Counted from the first letter of the stretch, positions 52,460-62,978 are shown. The stretch: DNA of 64,000 nt from Phaeosaccion multiseriatum (GCA_965112735.1 OZ218951.1:2046001-2110000), one strand, 5' to 3'. Numbers and translations are program-made. The notes: a model not told the origin generated them from the letters alone.

Positions 52460-54008
52460 TCACGTAGATGGCGCAGGTGTGGGCGATGCTTGGCTGTTGT
52501 CGATATTAATGAAGACCGAAGTTGATAGAAGCCCGGTCCGCGGTGTGAAGCGCAGGGCCGAGAAGGGAGGAGAAGTGGAGAGAAGAGAGTAGAGTGAGGA
52601 GAAGAAGACTCCGCTTGAGCATGCAGTTCACTTGGGGGCTTACAGTTTGCGGGCGCGGCGGTCGCGATCATCCCCGAAGTCATCTTCATCGCCATCATCC
52701 CCGAAGTCATCTTCTTCGTCTCCGTCCCTGACACGACGCGACGATGGTGTGCAGATGGCGCGCGATGGAGATGGACAGGAGAGGAACGAAGCGCGAGGGG
52801 AGGGGCGGAGAGGAAGGTGTCAAGAAGCAGGCAAGTGTAAAGCCGGGAGAGGAGGGGACGGAGAGAGAAACCCAGGGAGGGACGCAAAGAGGGCGCGAGG
52901 GGGGAACTTACTCCTGCAGCTTGCGGGCGCGGCGGTTGCCAGAGGGCGCAGGTGTGGGCGATGCTTGGCTGTTGTCGATATAAACGAAGACCGAAGTTGA
53001 TAGAAGCCCGGTCCGCGGTGTGAAGCGCAGGGCCGAGAAGAGAGGAGAAGTGGAGAGAAGAGAGTAGAGTGAAGAGGAGAAGACTTCGCTTGAGCATGCA
53101 ATTCACTTGGGGGCTTACAGTTTGCGGGCGCGGCGGTCGCGATCATCCCCGAAGTCATCTTCATCGCCATCATCCCCGAAGTCATCTTCTTCGTCTCCGT
53201 CCCTGACACGACGCGACGGTGTGCAGATGGCGCGCGATGGAGATGGACAGGAGAGGAACGAAGCGCGAGGGGAGGGGCGGAGAGGAAGGTGTCAAGAAGC
53301 AGGCAAGTGTAAAGCCGGGAGACGAGGGGACGGAGAGAGAAACCCAGGGAGGGACGCGAAGAGGGCGCGAGGGGGGAACTTACTCCTGCAGCTTGCGGGC
53401 GCGGCGGTTGCCAGAGGGCGCAGGTGTGGGCGATGCTTGGCTGTTGTCGATATAAACGAAGACCGAAATTGATAGAAGCCCGGTCCGCGGTGTGAAGCGC
53501 AGGGTTGAGAAGGGAGGAGAAGTGGAGAGAAGAGAGTAGAGTGAGGAGGAGAAGACTTCGCTTGAGCATGAAGTTCACTTGGGGGCTTACAGTTTGCGGG
53601 CGCGGCGGTCGCCATTACCCCAGAAGTCATCTTGATCGTCTCCGTCCCTGTTGTTGGCGCAGTTCGTGAGGTCGATGGAGAAGAAACGTCACAGGAGAGG
53701 ACGAAGCGCGAGCCCGGGGAAGTGGAGGCGGCGGAGGCGGATGTCAAGAGAGGAGGAGGTGGAGAGAAGCGCAGGGAGGCGGGCAAAGTGTCGGGGGGTT
53801 GCGAGGCAGAGGAGGGACAGCGGGCCCAAGAGCAGGTGTGGTCGAATGAGGCGACAAGAGCGGGGCAAAAGATTTTTCCCCCTTTGGATGCACATGGAAC
53901 TTACTCCTGCAGTTCGCGGGCCTCGGAGAAGGTGTTAGGGACTCGGGCGGCGCTGGAGAGCACTGCGACAAGGAGCAGGGTGAAGAGAGCGAAGAGAGAG
54001 AGGTTCAT
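52460..54008 (-). CDS. Secreted 158-aa polyprotein precursor: signal peptide followed by RxL|Q-separated acidic and QASPTPAPS peptides
   Basis: Exons 54008-53905, 53647-53591, 53440-53384, 53202-53119, 52968-52912, 52727-52644 and 52493-52460. Every donor is gtaag, every acceptor cag, every intron phase 2, and the total is 477 nt open to TGA. Protein: MNLSLFALFTLLLVAVLSSAARVPNTFSEARELQEDGDDQDDFWGNGDRRARKLQASPTPAPSGNRRARKLQEDGDEEDDFGDDGDEDDFGDDRDRRARKLQASPTPAPSGNRRARKLQEDGDEEDDFGDDGDEDDFGDDRDRRARKLQASPTPAPST. Confidence 0.88.
52470..53650. repeat. Tandem repeat with a 472-475 bp unit, about 2.5 copies (two exons and two introns per unit)
   Basis: Near-identical blocks; equivalent splice sites are 472-475 bp apart. 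Confidence 0.95.
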
Positions 54009-54880
54009 GGTGGGCTTGCGTGGGTTGGGTCCTCTGTGAGATAGCTCCTGTGTTGTTGTTGTGTTGTGAGACACGGGCAACGCTCCCACTCTCTTGGAGC
54101 CCTTTTGGATGATAGTATTCTCGATTGCAAAGGCCGTCCTGCAAAGACCCAAATTTGATGAGCGGGATGAGCACAGAGGCGGGTGGGGTCTTTGCGGCAT
54201 GTACCAGGCTGTGCAGACTGCGAGTGGGCGACTTGTGCCGTCCGCACATAGCTGCGGGGACTACCGCGCACGCGAGATTGGCGAGGAGCGAGGGCTCGCT
54301 CTACAGCACGCCAAGGTAGTCCACTCATCCCAAGGGCTTACTCCTCTTTCGGCCTGAGTGTGTCTTGGTTTTTACGACGCTGGTCATTAAGCGTTAAGGT
54401 GAGCTGCGGAGGAGGGTCTACGGGAAGAAACTGGGAGGGAATCGGATGCTCTTTGCGTTGTTAGCATCATGCCGAAAGGATGCAAGCAGCTTCTCGCGAG
54501 CTAGAAGCGGGAAGGGGCTTGCCGAAGGGCAGCCAGCAGGAGGACGAGGCCCTCAGTTTGGCACAAGTACGGTAGAAGGCCGGACGCAGTAAGACGGACT
54601 TTGCCCCTTGCTCGAACGTCTGAGCTGAAACTGATAGTTAGGCCTATGCCTCTTTAGACACCTTGCGAGTTAACTACTGCTGTGCGCCGCTTCTCCGGTG
54701 AAGGTTTCAAAGCTTGGAGATGAAGCTGCGAAGAAAGAGCGGCCACACCCCCTCTTCCGCGGCTTCTCCTCCCCTCTTTAGAGCCATCCGTGACAACGGC
54801 TGGCAGCCTCCGCCATGCAGCCTCAACCATCCCGTATACTCTCTCAATCGGTGGCGCGGCCCGACGTGCACCGCCGGCCT

Positions 54881-55948
54881 TCAGTCCTCGCAGTCACAGG
54901 GGTGGCCATTGGCGTGCACCCACTGCTTGATGCCCTCAAAGGCCTCATTTCTCCCTCCATCCCACCTGCCTCTGGCGAGCAACCACTCCGGGCACGAGCT
55001 GCTATCCCATGGACACATGACGCTTTCGGACCGCAGCCACTGCAACATTGGTAGGCTTTTGGCGCGCGCGACGGCAATATAACAAACACCCCTGTCCCAA
55101 TCGCAGAGGTCACGAGCATTTGCATGAAGCCAGCACAGCACCTTCAAACTTCCATTCATAGCGGTAAAGAAAGCCGCATCCCGCCACTCGCTGCCTCCTC
55201 CGATCGCCGCAGATTCCAGCTTGGGCCTGACCCTTCGGTGTCTCAGAAGCAAGTCCAGCACATTGATCTGTCCCTCTTGCGCAGCTTCCGTCCCCCTGCA
55301 TTGCCAAACCCCCCAGTCGAAAGGAGCGTTTACCTCATCCGACAACAGCCACGTGAGCATGTCCACGTCCCCTCTCGTTGCAGCTAGAGTGCAAGTCCGC
55401 TCGTCCCACGGACACGGGCTCTTGTCGGGCAGGTCTTCGGAGCGGAGCCACTTGAGGATGCTTAGGCCGTGCTCAGGATTCAAGGCTGCTGCTTCGCACA
55501 CGTCCTCATCCGATACACACCCCATGCGATACAATGCCTGGCAGATACTCAGGTCCCCCCACTTGGCCACAGCACAGAATATTCTGAGACTCAACCGAAG
55601 ACTTGAGTCCAGCCAGCCATCTCTGACGGCCCAGTTGAGACACTCCACAGACTTGAGTACGCTGTGACGAAGAGATGTCACCTGCGAGAGATGAGCGGCG
55701 AAGTAGAGTCTCCGCCACCCCTTGCCCACTGCAGCCACGAAGAAGAAATGCCCCCCCCCCACCATGGCCATGACCTTCAGCATTATTTCCTCAGTCGCAA
55801 GTACTCTAGCTCGGTGTGAGAGCGTCAGGTCCTCGAGGTACGCACAACTCAGAGCAGCAGGGCCAGCGGCAGCGCTAGGTGAAGCTTCGCGTCCATCATC
55901 AGCAGAGAATAGCCTCTTAACGCCGCGCTCCTCGGCCATGAGCAGCAA
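54881..55948 (-). CDS. Intronless F-box-like plus ankyrin-like repeat protein ('HANGHPCxCED' family)
   Basis: Intact ORF (likely ATG at 55939) homologous to 16956-17876 and ending KQWVHANGHPCDCED. Confidence 0.85.
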   Translation of the reverse strand: MLLMAEERGVKRLFSADDGREASPSAAAGPAALSCAYLEDLTLSHRARVLATEEIMLKVMAMVGGGHFFFVAAVGKGWRRLYFAAHLSQVTSLRHSVLKSVECLNWAVRDGWLDSSLRLSLRIFCAVAKWGDLSICQALYRMGCVSDEDVCEAAALNPEHGLSILKWLRSEDLPDKSPCPWDERTCTLAATRGDVDMLTWLLSDEVNAPFDWGVWQCRGTEAAQEGQINVLDLLLRHRRVRPKLESAAIGGGSEWRDAAFFTAMNGSLKVLCWLHANARDLCDWDRGVCYIAVARAKSLPMLQWLRSESVMCPWDSSSCPEWLLARGRWDGGRNEAFEGIKQWVHANGHPCDCED

Positions 55949-56199
55949 GCGCGTTCGCCTCTAGGGCATAAGACTGAGGGCTCGACGGTCGGTTGACCCC
56001 GAATGGATATCCCTCTTTCCCCCCCTCCCTTCGATGGAAAGACTGTGTGCATAGTCCCCCCTCGGGGAAAAAATCTTGCTCCATCCTAGCGCCATCATCA
56101 GAGCGAGGGTACTACCGAAGGAGTGAGCTGTTACGATAGTACCATGGCCAAGAAGAGGGGTAGCTAGCAGTAGTGTGTACGTGAAGGAATACCTGGGGG

Positions 56200-56370
56200 A
56201 GCTTCTGCACAGGGGTTGATAGCGCCCCCTCTGACGCGGAGGAGCCTTCGCCCTGTGCCAACAAGGTGTTGGCGCTAGAGGACACAATACTGAAGGTCCT
56301 GCGCATAGTGGGGAAAGGGCATCACATCTTCGTCGCTGGGGTGAGCGAGGACTGGAGGAGGCTGTACCCG
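56200..56370 (+). pseudogene. 5' fragment of the 'HANGHPCxCED' ankyrin-like family
   Basis: KVLALEDTILKVLRIVGKGHHIFVAGVSEDWRRLY, after which homology stops. Confidence 0.8.
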
Positions 56371-57239
56371 CTTCCTGCAAACTCAAAGCTACCGACTGGC
56401 GCCCGAGCCTCTTGGCAAGGTCAGCTGCCTTCGGGATATTTGGGGGTGTAAAGAGTCATGTTGCTCTCCACATAGGATAGGACTAGACGCATGGACAAGG
56501 AAGTAGCAACCCCAAAGCCAGCCTGGCAGCCAGCCTTGTCTCTATTAGGTTATCTATGGTCCATCCTAAACGACCAATCTGCCGGGAGGTGAGTGAGAAA
56601 CGGGCCACGCACCGTTTCTCATCGTACTGCCTGCGCCTGCAACCCCTGCGAATGCGAGGACTGAGGGCTGGGGGGCGCCGGTGCATGTCGGGCCGCGTCG
56701 CTGCGTGTTCGATGGCATAGTGTGGGGATGGCTCAGGCTGCCGGGACGCTCACGGATGGAAGTAGGCAGCGTACAAAGGAAGAGGATGTTTGTGAGCGAG
56801 GACGGCGGCCACGGGAAGCGGTGCCTGTCAAGCATGCGGCAGCGGTATCTGATGCTCGTCACGGCTTTGGGGGACGTTGCTCTCAGAGGGATAGGCGCCT
56901 TGAACGGGGAGTGTATGAAGGAGGCAGGGGGAGGGGAGAGAGAGAGAAGAAGAGGAATGAGGAAGAACGGGTGGATCTTCAGCCGCAGAGCATCTCCAAG
57001 CTTTGGAGCTTGAAGGAGCTGCACACCGCGGTTCGCTCATCCGAAGCACTCGCGAGGTGCTGCTTTCCGCCCGCCAGGCTGCAAGGCGAGCTTTGCTACC
57101 ACGACGGAACAGGATTTGGGTCACCAGCTAGGCGTAGGATGGACTTGCTGCGGAGGGGGGTTTGCGTTTGGACCTGTGCAGCCCTTCATATTGGAACTGT
57201 GCATAGCCCTGAATATAGCTCAGTATATCGATAGAGACA

Positions 57240-57630
57240 TGGCTGAATGCATCGTGTTCCACAGGCCCGTGCTCCGGCCACACTCGGCCTACTACGTCTT
57301 CTTGAGCCTGACTGATGGCCTTGCCCTCCTGCTGGCTGCCTCTTGGTGGGCTTCCGGAGGAGGTGAAGGGTTGTGAGGCTAGTCGCTCGCGAGGAGTTGC
57401 TTGTATCGATGCGGCGTGGTGCGGAGAACACTCTCCTGCGTGGGAAGAGCTTCGCGATTGTGATCAGAGAGTCGCTCCAACCCTTGGGCCGGTCTGCCAA
57501 TACCCCGAGCCTTTCCTTGCAGCCCCCTCCTTCGTGGCGCAACGTGCTTGATCTCCGAGAGGCACAGCGCTTGGGCCCGAAGGCGAATAGCACTGGCGAG
57601 GAGTGTGCTGCTTATGGATGAACCCCACTA
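57240..57630 (+). pseudogene. Possible degenerate ABC-transporter ATPase fragment
   Basis: IVFHRPVL (Q-loop-like) and RRRIALARSVLLMDEP (post-signature helix and Walker B-like) occur in different frames. No Walker A or LSGG is visible. Confidence 0.3.
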
Positions 57631-57796
57631 CCCATACTCTTCCAGATATTTTCGAAAAGGCTCCGGGACATCGGGACATCGGGAAATTTTTTTAAACGTG
57701 TCCATCTATGCCACCTTTGCTCGCTCCGCTTCTTACACAACCTCCATAACACCGACTTACAGACGCTCAACTGCTCCCAACACCTAAGCAAGCATC

Positions 57797-58262
57797 ATGA
57801 CTCTCCGCGCCATCCTCACGGTCTTCGCCCTGCTCTTCGTGGCAGTCCTCTCCGGCGCCGCCGAAGTTCCTCGCACCCTCGAGGAGAAGGAGGCCCGTAG
57901 CCTGTAAGTTCAACTGCTCCAATCCCATCGCTCGTACTGTGCGCGCCGTTCCTCGGGCTCTCGCGCGCCGACTCTCTGCCCCGATTCCGTGTAGAGCATC
58001 AACTTTCCTAAATTGACCACCTCCCCTCCTTGTCCTTTGCTTCGCCCTCCTTCTCCCGCTCCCCAATGTCTCGGCTGCTGTCCTCCTTCTACGACATTTA
58101 ATCTCACGTCCCGCTTCTCCGTCGCGCTTCACTCCCACCCGGCAACATTCCCTTCTTTCGCCGCTCCGCCGCTTTACTTCCGAAAACAATCCGTTCGCCG
58201 CTCTGCCGCCATCATTCCACGGCTCCGCTCGCGCCTCCCTTCTCGCTCCTCGCACCTCCCTC

Positions 58263-58297
<35 letters not shown>

Positions 58298-58722
58298 TAC
58301 TCACTCTCTCTCACTCTCTCTCCTCTCTCCTCTCTCTCTCCCTCTCTCTCCCTTCCTCCCTCTCTCTCCCTCTCTCCCTGTCTCTCCCTCCCTCGCCCTC
58401 TCCCTCCCTCTCTCTCCCTCTCCCTCCCTGTCTCCCTCTCTCTCCCTCTCCCTCTCCCTCTCCCTGGCCCTTCCGCCTCTCTCCTTTCCTCTCTCTTACT
58501 CCCTCTCTCTGTCGCGTTCTTCATCAACTTCATCGACCGACGACACCACCACACAGCTATGGAAGGGGCTATTATGGCCATGGCTACAAGGGCTACTACG
58601 GTGGCAGGGGCTATGGCTACAAGGGCTACTACGGTGGCAGGGGCTATGGCTACAAGGGCTACTACGGAGGCAGGGGCTACCCCTACTACCGAGGCCACGG
58701 AAAGTATGGAGGATACAAGTAA
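57797..58722 (+). CDS. Secreted 90-aa precursor of a Gly/Tyr-rich cationic peptide
   Basis: Exons 57797-57903 (gtaagt donor) and 58557-58722 (cag acceptor after a long pyrimidine tract), phase 2. Protein: MTLRAILTVFALLFVAVLSGAAEVPRTLEEKEARSL-YGRGYYGHGYKGYYGGRGYGYKGYYGGRGYGYKGYYGGRGYPYYRGHGKYGGYK. The 33-nt repeat encodes GYKGYYGGRGY. Confidence 0.85.
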
Positions 58723-59654
58723 AGTACCACAGGATGACCCAGGATAAGCCGGGTTAGCTACGGAAAGTAGCAAGGAAATATTGCTCTCGGAGCCGAGATG
58801 AGACTAGACATAGACAAGACATGTAAATACAAAATCTAAAGCGCTGCGTACAGGTTCTTTTCCATTATCTAAGCTGAGCTTCGAGGAATATTCTGTTCAG
58901 AGCGGAGAAAGTACAGACGAGAGGCGGCCAAAATTGTGGCGAGTAGAGTATTGCTTATCTCGCTCTCAGACATTCGTTGTGCCTGCTCTGCCCATCTCGG
59001 TGAAGCCCCGCAGGCACGTGGCCGATGCGCACATAGGCGACACTGCTGCACGCACCACCCCGCTCTGCAAGCTTGCAAAGACCAAGTGAGGCCACCTCAT
59101 TTCTCTCTGCCTTCGACCTCAGCGCATTGCTCGGCATGCCTCTCTCTGCTGGAACAGGCGCATTCTCTCATATCCTGCAGGCCGGGATGCCGCTCAGCAC
59201 GCCCCTCCGCACCGCTGCTGCTCGCTCCATAGCGGCGCTTCTTTCGAGCACAGAGATGCGTGAGCGCGCGCCGAATTCCGCGGCGTGCGCTCTCTCTGTC
59301 GCGGCAGCAAATCGAGACCTTTCGCCACACCTCCGTCAAGCCCAAGCAGGGGTATTTCGGCTCCGAGGCGTGGCTTGGGCCAGCCAACATTTCCCTCCGC
59401 TCACCCTTCCACAGCTCGTCGCTCCTCTGGAGATATGGGAGCGCAGCATCGACCAGCCCCATGCCACGCAGCCTGTGAACGCCGCAGCACTGGGTCGTCC
59501 CATTGCGGTTTCATCACCTCTCGATCGCAGCAGCAGGCCGCACACAGGCTCGGGTGCTTACGTGCCTCGTCGGTACTTGTCCCCCCCCCCCACTCAGACA
59601 CATCCTCAGGACGGGTGGTGCAGCGGATCGCTTCTCCCGCTGCAAAAATGGCTG

Positions 59655-59955
59655 CCAGTCCACCTCTTCCTCCGTATTGAAGTAGTGCACCGAGGCCCTA
59701 GCGAAACTGACGTCAGCGAGGCCCCTCCCTGCCGCGTCAAGAACGGTGCTTGTGGGAGCAGACACGGACACGAAGCAAGCCTTGCGGCGAGCGTTTCCGC
59801 GGGGACGCCGCTCATCGTAAAGCTCACCAGCCCTGACATGCGCGGGCCGAGGTCTCTGCAAACGCGAGGCCTCCACCACCCAGTCAGTCTCTCCCGAGGC
59901 TCCACCGCTTCCGCTGCCCGCCTCGCCCCTCCCAACTCATCCAGTGCACAGCCGC
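59655..59955 (-). pseudogene. C-terminal fragment of a class-V PLP aminotransferase / cysteine desulfurase-like enzyme, frameshifted
   Basis: RDLGPRMSGLVSFTMSGVPAETLAARLA / VSVSAPTSTVLDAAGRGLADVSFARASVHYFNTEEEVD matches the SufS/CsdA-type C-terminus (G.VSF...; RAS.hyyNT.EEvD). Confidence 0.7.
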
Positions 59956-59959
59956 GGCG

Positions 59960-60290
59960 ATGCTGGGCCTGGCAGATGCTCACCTCTCCAGTCACGGCTA
60001 GCCCAGGTTGACGGCCCAGTCGAGGCACTCCACAGGCCCGAGCACATTGCGAGTAAGAAACGTGTCCAAGGCGGGATGAGCGGCGTGGCGCTGTACAGCC
60101 TCGTCCAGTCCTTGCTCATCCCAGTGACGAAGCCGTGAAGCTCCTTCCCCACAATGCCGATGACATGCCTCATCGTGTCGTCCAGAGCCAACACGTGGCC
60201 ACAGGGAGAAGGCTCCCCTACGCCAGAGGGGATGCTATCCCCCCCCTGTGCAGAAGAGGCCACTCCTCCGTGTCATTCATGTCCTCCTCC
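59960..60290 (-). pseudogene. 5' fragment of the 'HANGHPCxCED' ankyrin-like family
   Basis: EPSPCGHVLALDDTMRHVIGIVGKELHGFVTGMSKDWTRLYS, then a frameshifted VLGPVECLDWAV. Confidence 0.8.
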
Positions 60291-61457
60291 TCCTCCTCCT
60301 GCTGCTGCTGCTGCTGCTCCTCCTCCTCCTCCTCCTCCTCCTCCTCCTCCTCCTCCTCCTCCTCCGTGTGAGCCCCCTGTGCAGAAGAGGCCGCTCCTCC
60401 GTGTCATTCATGTCCTCCTCCTCCTCCTCCTCCTCCTCCTGCTCCGCTTCCTCTCCAGCCTTGCCTGAAGAAGCTGATGATCATGCTGGCCCAGGCTCGT
60501 AGCATCGTCAACACAAAGGCGAGGCCTATGGTATCGACGCCGGAGCAGGGACACAGAGTGTGTTCGTATTGCCACCGTGGAGCGCTTTTCTTTGCAGCTT
60601 GCTTTTACCCTCAATGGGGCCTCTACTCCTAGCTTGACGAAAAGCGAGCGACCCACGACCTACCCTCGCCCGGCACGGTCCTGTCGACAAGAAGCTTTCC
60701 TCCTATGCTTTCGCTGCTGCAGCAGGCGCTCACTTGTACAGGGGCAGCACCACTCACTCTCATTGACTCAGATTGGATTGGATTACGACTCACACCTCAG
60801 CGCCATTGCCTTGTTGAAGGGCGCGGAGGAGTTAAGAAGGGCAGCACACGGGGGGAGATCTCTATCCCTCTCTCCCTCTCCCTCCCGCTGCCTTTCATGT
60901 ACACATTCCACCCAAGGCATGGGATCTTGCCTCATAGACATGGACCGGCAGTTTGTTGTCTTTGGGGTGTGGAGTGAGAAAAGATTGCGCCGCCATGTTG
61001 GGCTTAGATATTGGAGGGGAGAGCAAAGCACTCAACCCATCAGCGCGAGGCTGCTGCTAATCGTCTTACGAAGGGGCGCGAATCGCCATACAAGGGGGAG
61101 ATGAAGCACTCAAGGAGCACACATGTCGAGGTCGAGACTTCTGAGGGGAAATTAATGCAAATTACGATATCAAATAAATAAAGTTCCTGTCTCTCTGCCT
61201 ATGGTCACACGAAGCTTGTTGATCGAAAGTTGCGAAGCTCGACTGCGCACTTGCCATATAGGGACGGAACTCCCCCCTCCTGGCGATCGGGATCTGTGAA
61301 TCGGATCACCAAACCCAATGCCTTCAGAGGCCTCCAACAACTACTGTACATACAAGGAGGGCCGTGATAGACAGCACAACCGGCGAAGCAGCGAGAGAGC
61401 GCTCTGTAGGCCCCTTATCAGCACTGCTCGTCCCAAGGGCGGGGCCGCTTGCTCACC

Positions 61458-62978
61458 ATGGCGCAGCAGGCGACTTTAACGCCCGAGGTACGGATGTAGC
61501 GCCCTGCCTCCTATAAGATGGTGTTATTTGGAAAAATAGAGCAGAGAGAGGAATCCTTTTTTGCGCTGAGATCACGTGTGACCAGTGAGCAGCTCTCCGT
61601 TGATCACTTTTTGTCCAGTTTATGCGCCTCTCCCCCCTAAACTCGTTTCCCTCATCAACCCCAGGCGCGGCGACTCGGACAGGCTCTGGAAAGAGGAGAT
61701 AGCTTCCTCACTGTGAGAGCGCTGATTGGGAAGCTCATCGCCAAGCACGGCAAAGCGAGTTTGGATCAGCCTATCGATGAAGAGGGCGATTCGTCTGCAC
61801 TCTGGGCTTCAAGACATGGTCGACTGGATTTCGTGGACCTTCTGCTGCGGAAAGGGGCCTCCTTCGGAACCAGAGGCGGGCCCTTTGGAGACACGCCGTT
61901 GATAAGCGCTATCCTGTACGGGCACGATCAGGTGGTGAGGCGGCTGTTGGACATTGGAGCCCCTGTGGACCAAGCGAATGACACAGGAGCTACTCCCCTG
62001 ATGGCAGCCTCAGGAGAGGGGCACTCCACGATGGTGCAGCAGCTGCTCTCGGCGCGTGCTAGTGTCGACTTGGCCGACAAGCAGGGGTTTTCTCCGATTT
62101 GTATGGCCTCTCAGAACGGACATGGCTCTGTGCTAAGGCTCCTCATCTCAGCCCAAGCGGATGTGAACCAAGCAACTAATCGCGGGTGTACTCCGCTTCT
62201 GCAGGCGTCGCTCAATGGGCATGCGGGCACTGTACAGCAGCTCATCAGGGCTCACGCCATTATCGACAAGGCTGACATCGAAGGGCTCACTCCTCTTCAC
62301 GTTGCCTGTCAGGAAGGGCACGACGCCGTGGTGGAGAAGCTTCTCTGTGCGGGAGCACAGGTGGACAAATGTACCAACACCGGCGAATCACCCCTCATGC
62401 TTGCCGCGCAGAATGGGCACGAGGCCGTCGTCGCTCGTCTCATCTCTGCGGGAGCACGTGTGGACAAGGCTGACCCCGAAGGTTTCACTGCTCTTCACTT
62501 TGCCTGTCAGGAAGGGCACGACTCCGTGGTGGAGAAGCTTCTCTCTGCGGGAGCACGTGTGGACAAAGAGGCCAACAATGGCGCAAAACCCCTCATCCTT
62601 GCCGCGTGGGATGGGCACGAGGCCGTCGTCGCTCGTCTCATCTCTGTGGGATCCCCCATGGATGCCTCAAGAGTAGACGACCCTTCCCCGCTGGTTGCCG
62701 CTATCTGCAGTGATCAGCACAGCATTGTGCGGCAGCTCCTCTCGGCCGGTGCTTCGGTGGACAAGGCCTTGGCTGGGGCACAGCGGTGTCAGCTCGGCCT
62801 CGGCATCGAGCAGCGACTTATGGAGGCAGCAGCAGCCTTCTTCCGGTCCCAAACCGCGCTGGACCTCATGCGAAGGACGGATAAGACCTTCGGCAAGGAG
62901 AGCGGAATCCTGCCGCTGGAGAGGCCCGGGCGGGTGCAGAGCGAGACGTGGGAGAGCATGGCGGAGGAGATGAGCTGA
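61458..62978 (+). CDS. Canonical ankyrin-repeat protein (about 10 repeats)
   Basis: Exon 61458-61487 (MAQQATLTPE) splices in frame to 61665-62978. Repeated G.TPL..A...GH..VV..LL..GA.VD units. Confidence 0.9.

Noticed and set aside
52396-53786. Long ORFs of 236, 252 and 164 aa across the 475-bp repeat
   Set aside because: They read through introns in non-coding frames. The spliced 7-exon model explains the repeat with canonical splice sites and a coherent protein.
52460-58722. Oomycete RxLR-dEER effector interpretation of the RxL motifs
   Set aside because: The motifs are RxLQ or RxLY, are repeated as spacers between low-complexity peptides, and have no effector domain. The plastid-type leaders nearby point to an alga.
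58013-58747. ORF containing MATRATTVAGA repeats
   Set aside because: It is an alternative frame of the Gly/Tyr exon, and its 5' part is a CT-microsatellite intron. The phase of the signal-peptide exon selects the YGRGYY frame.
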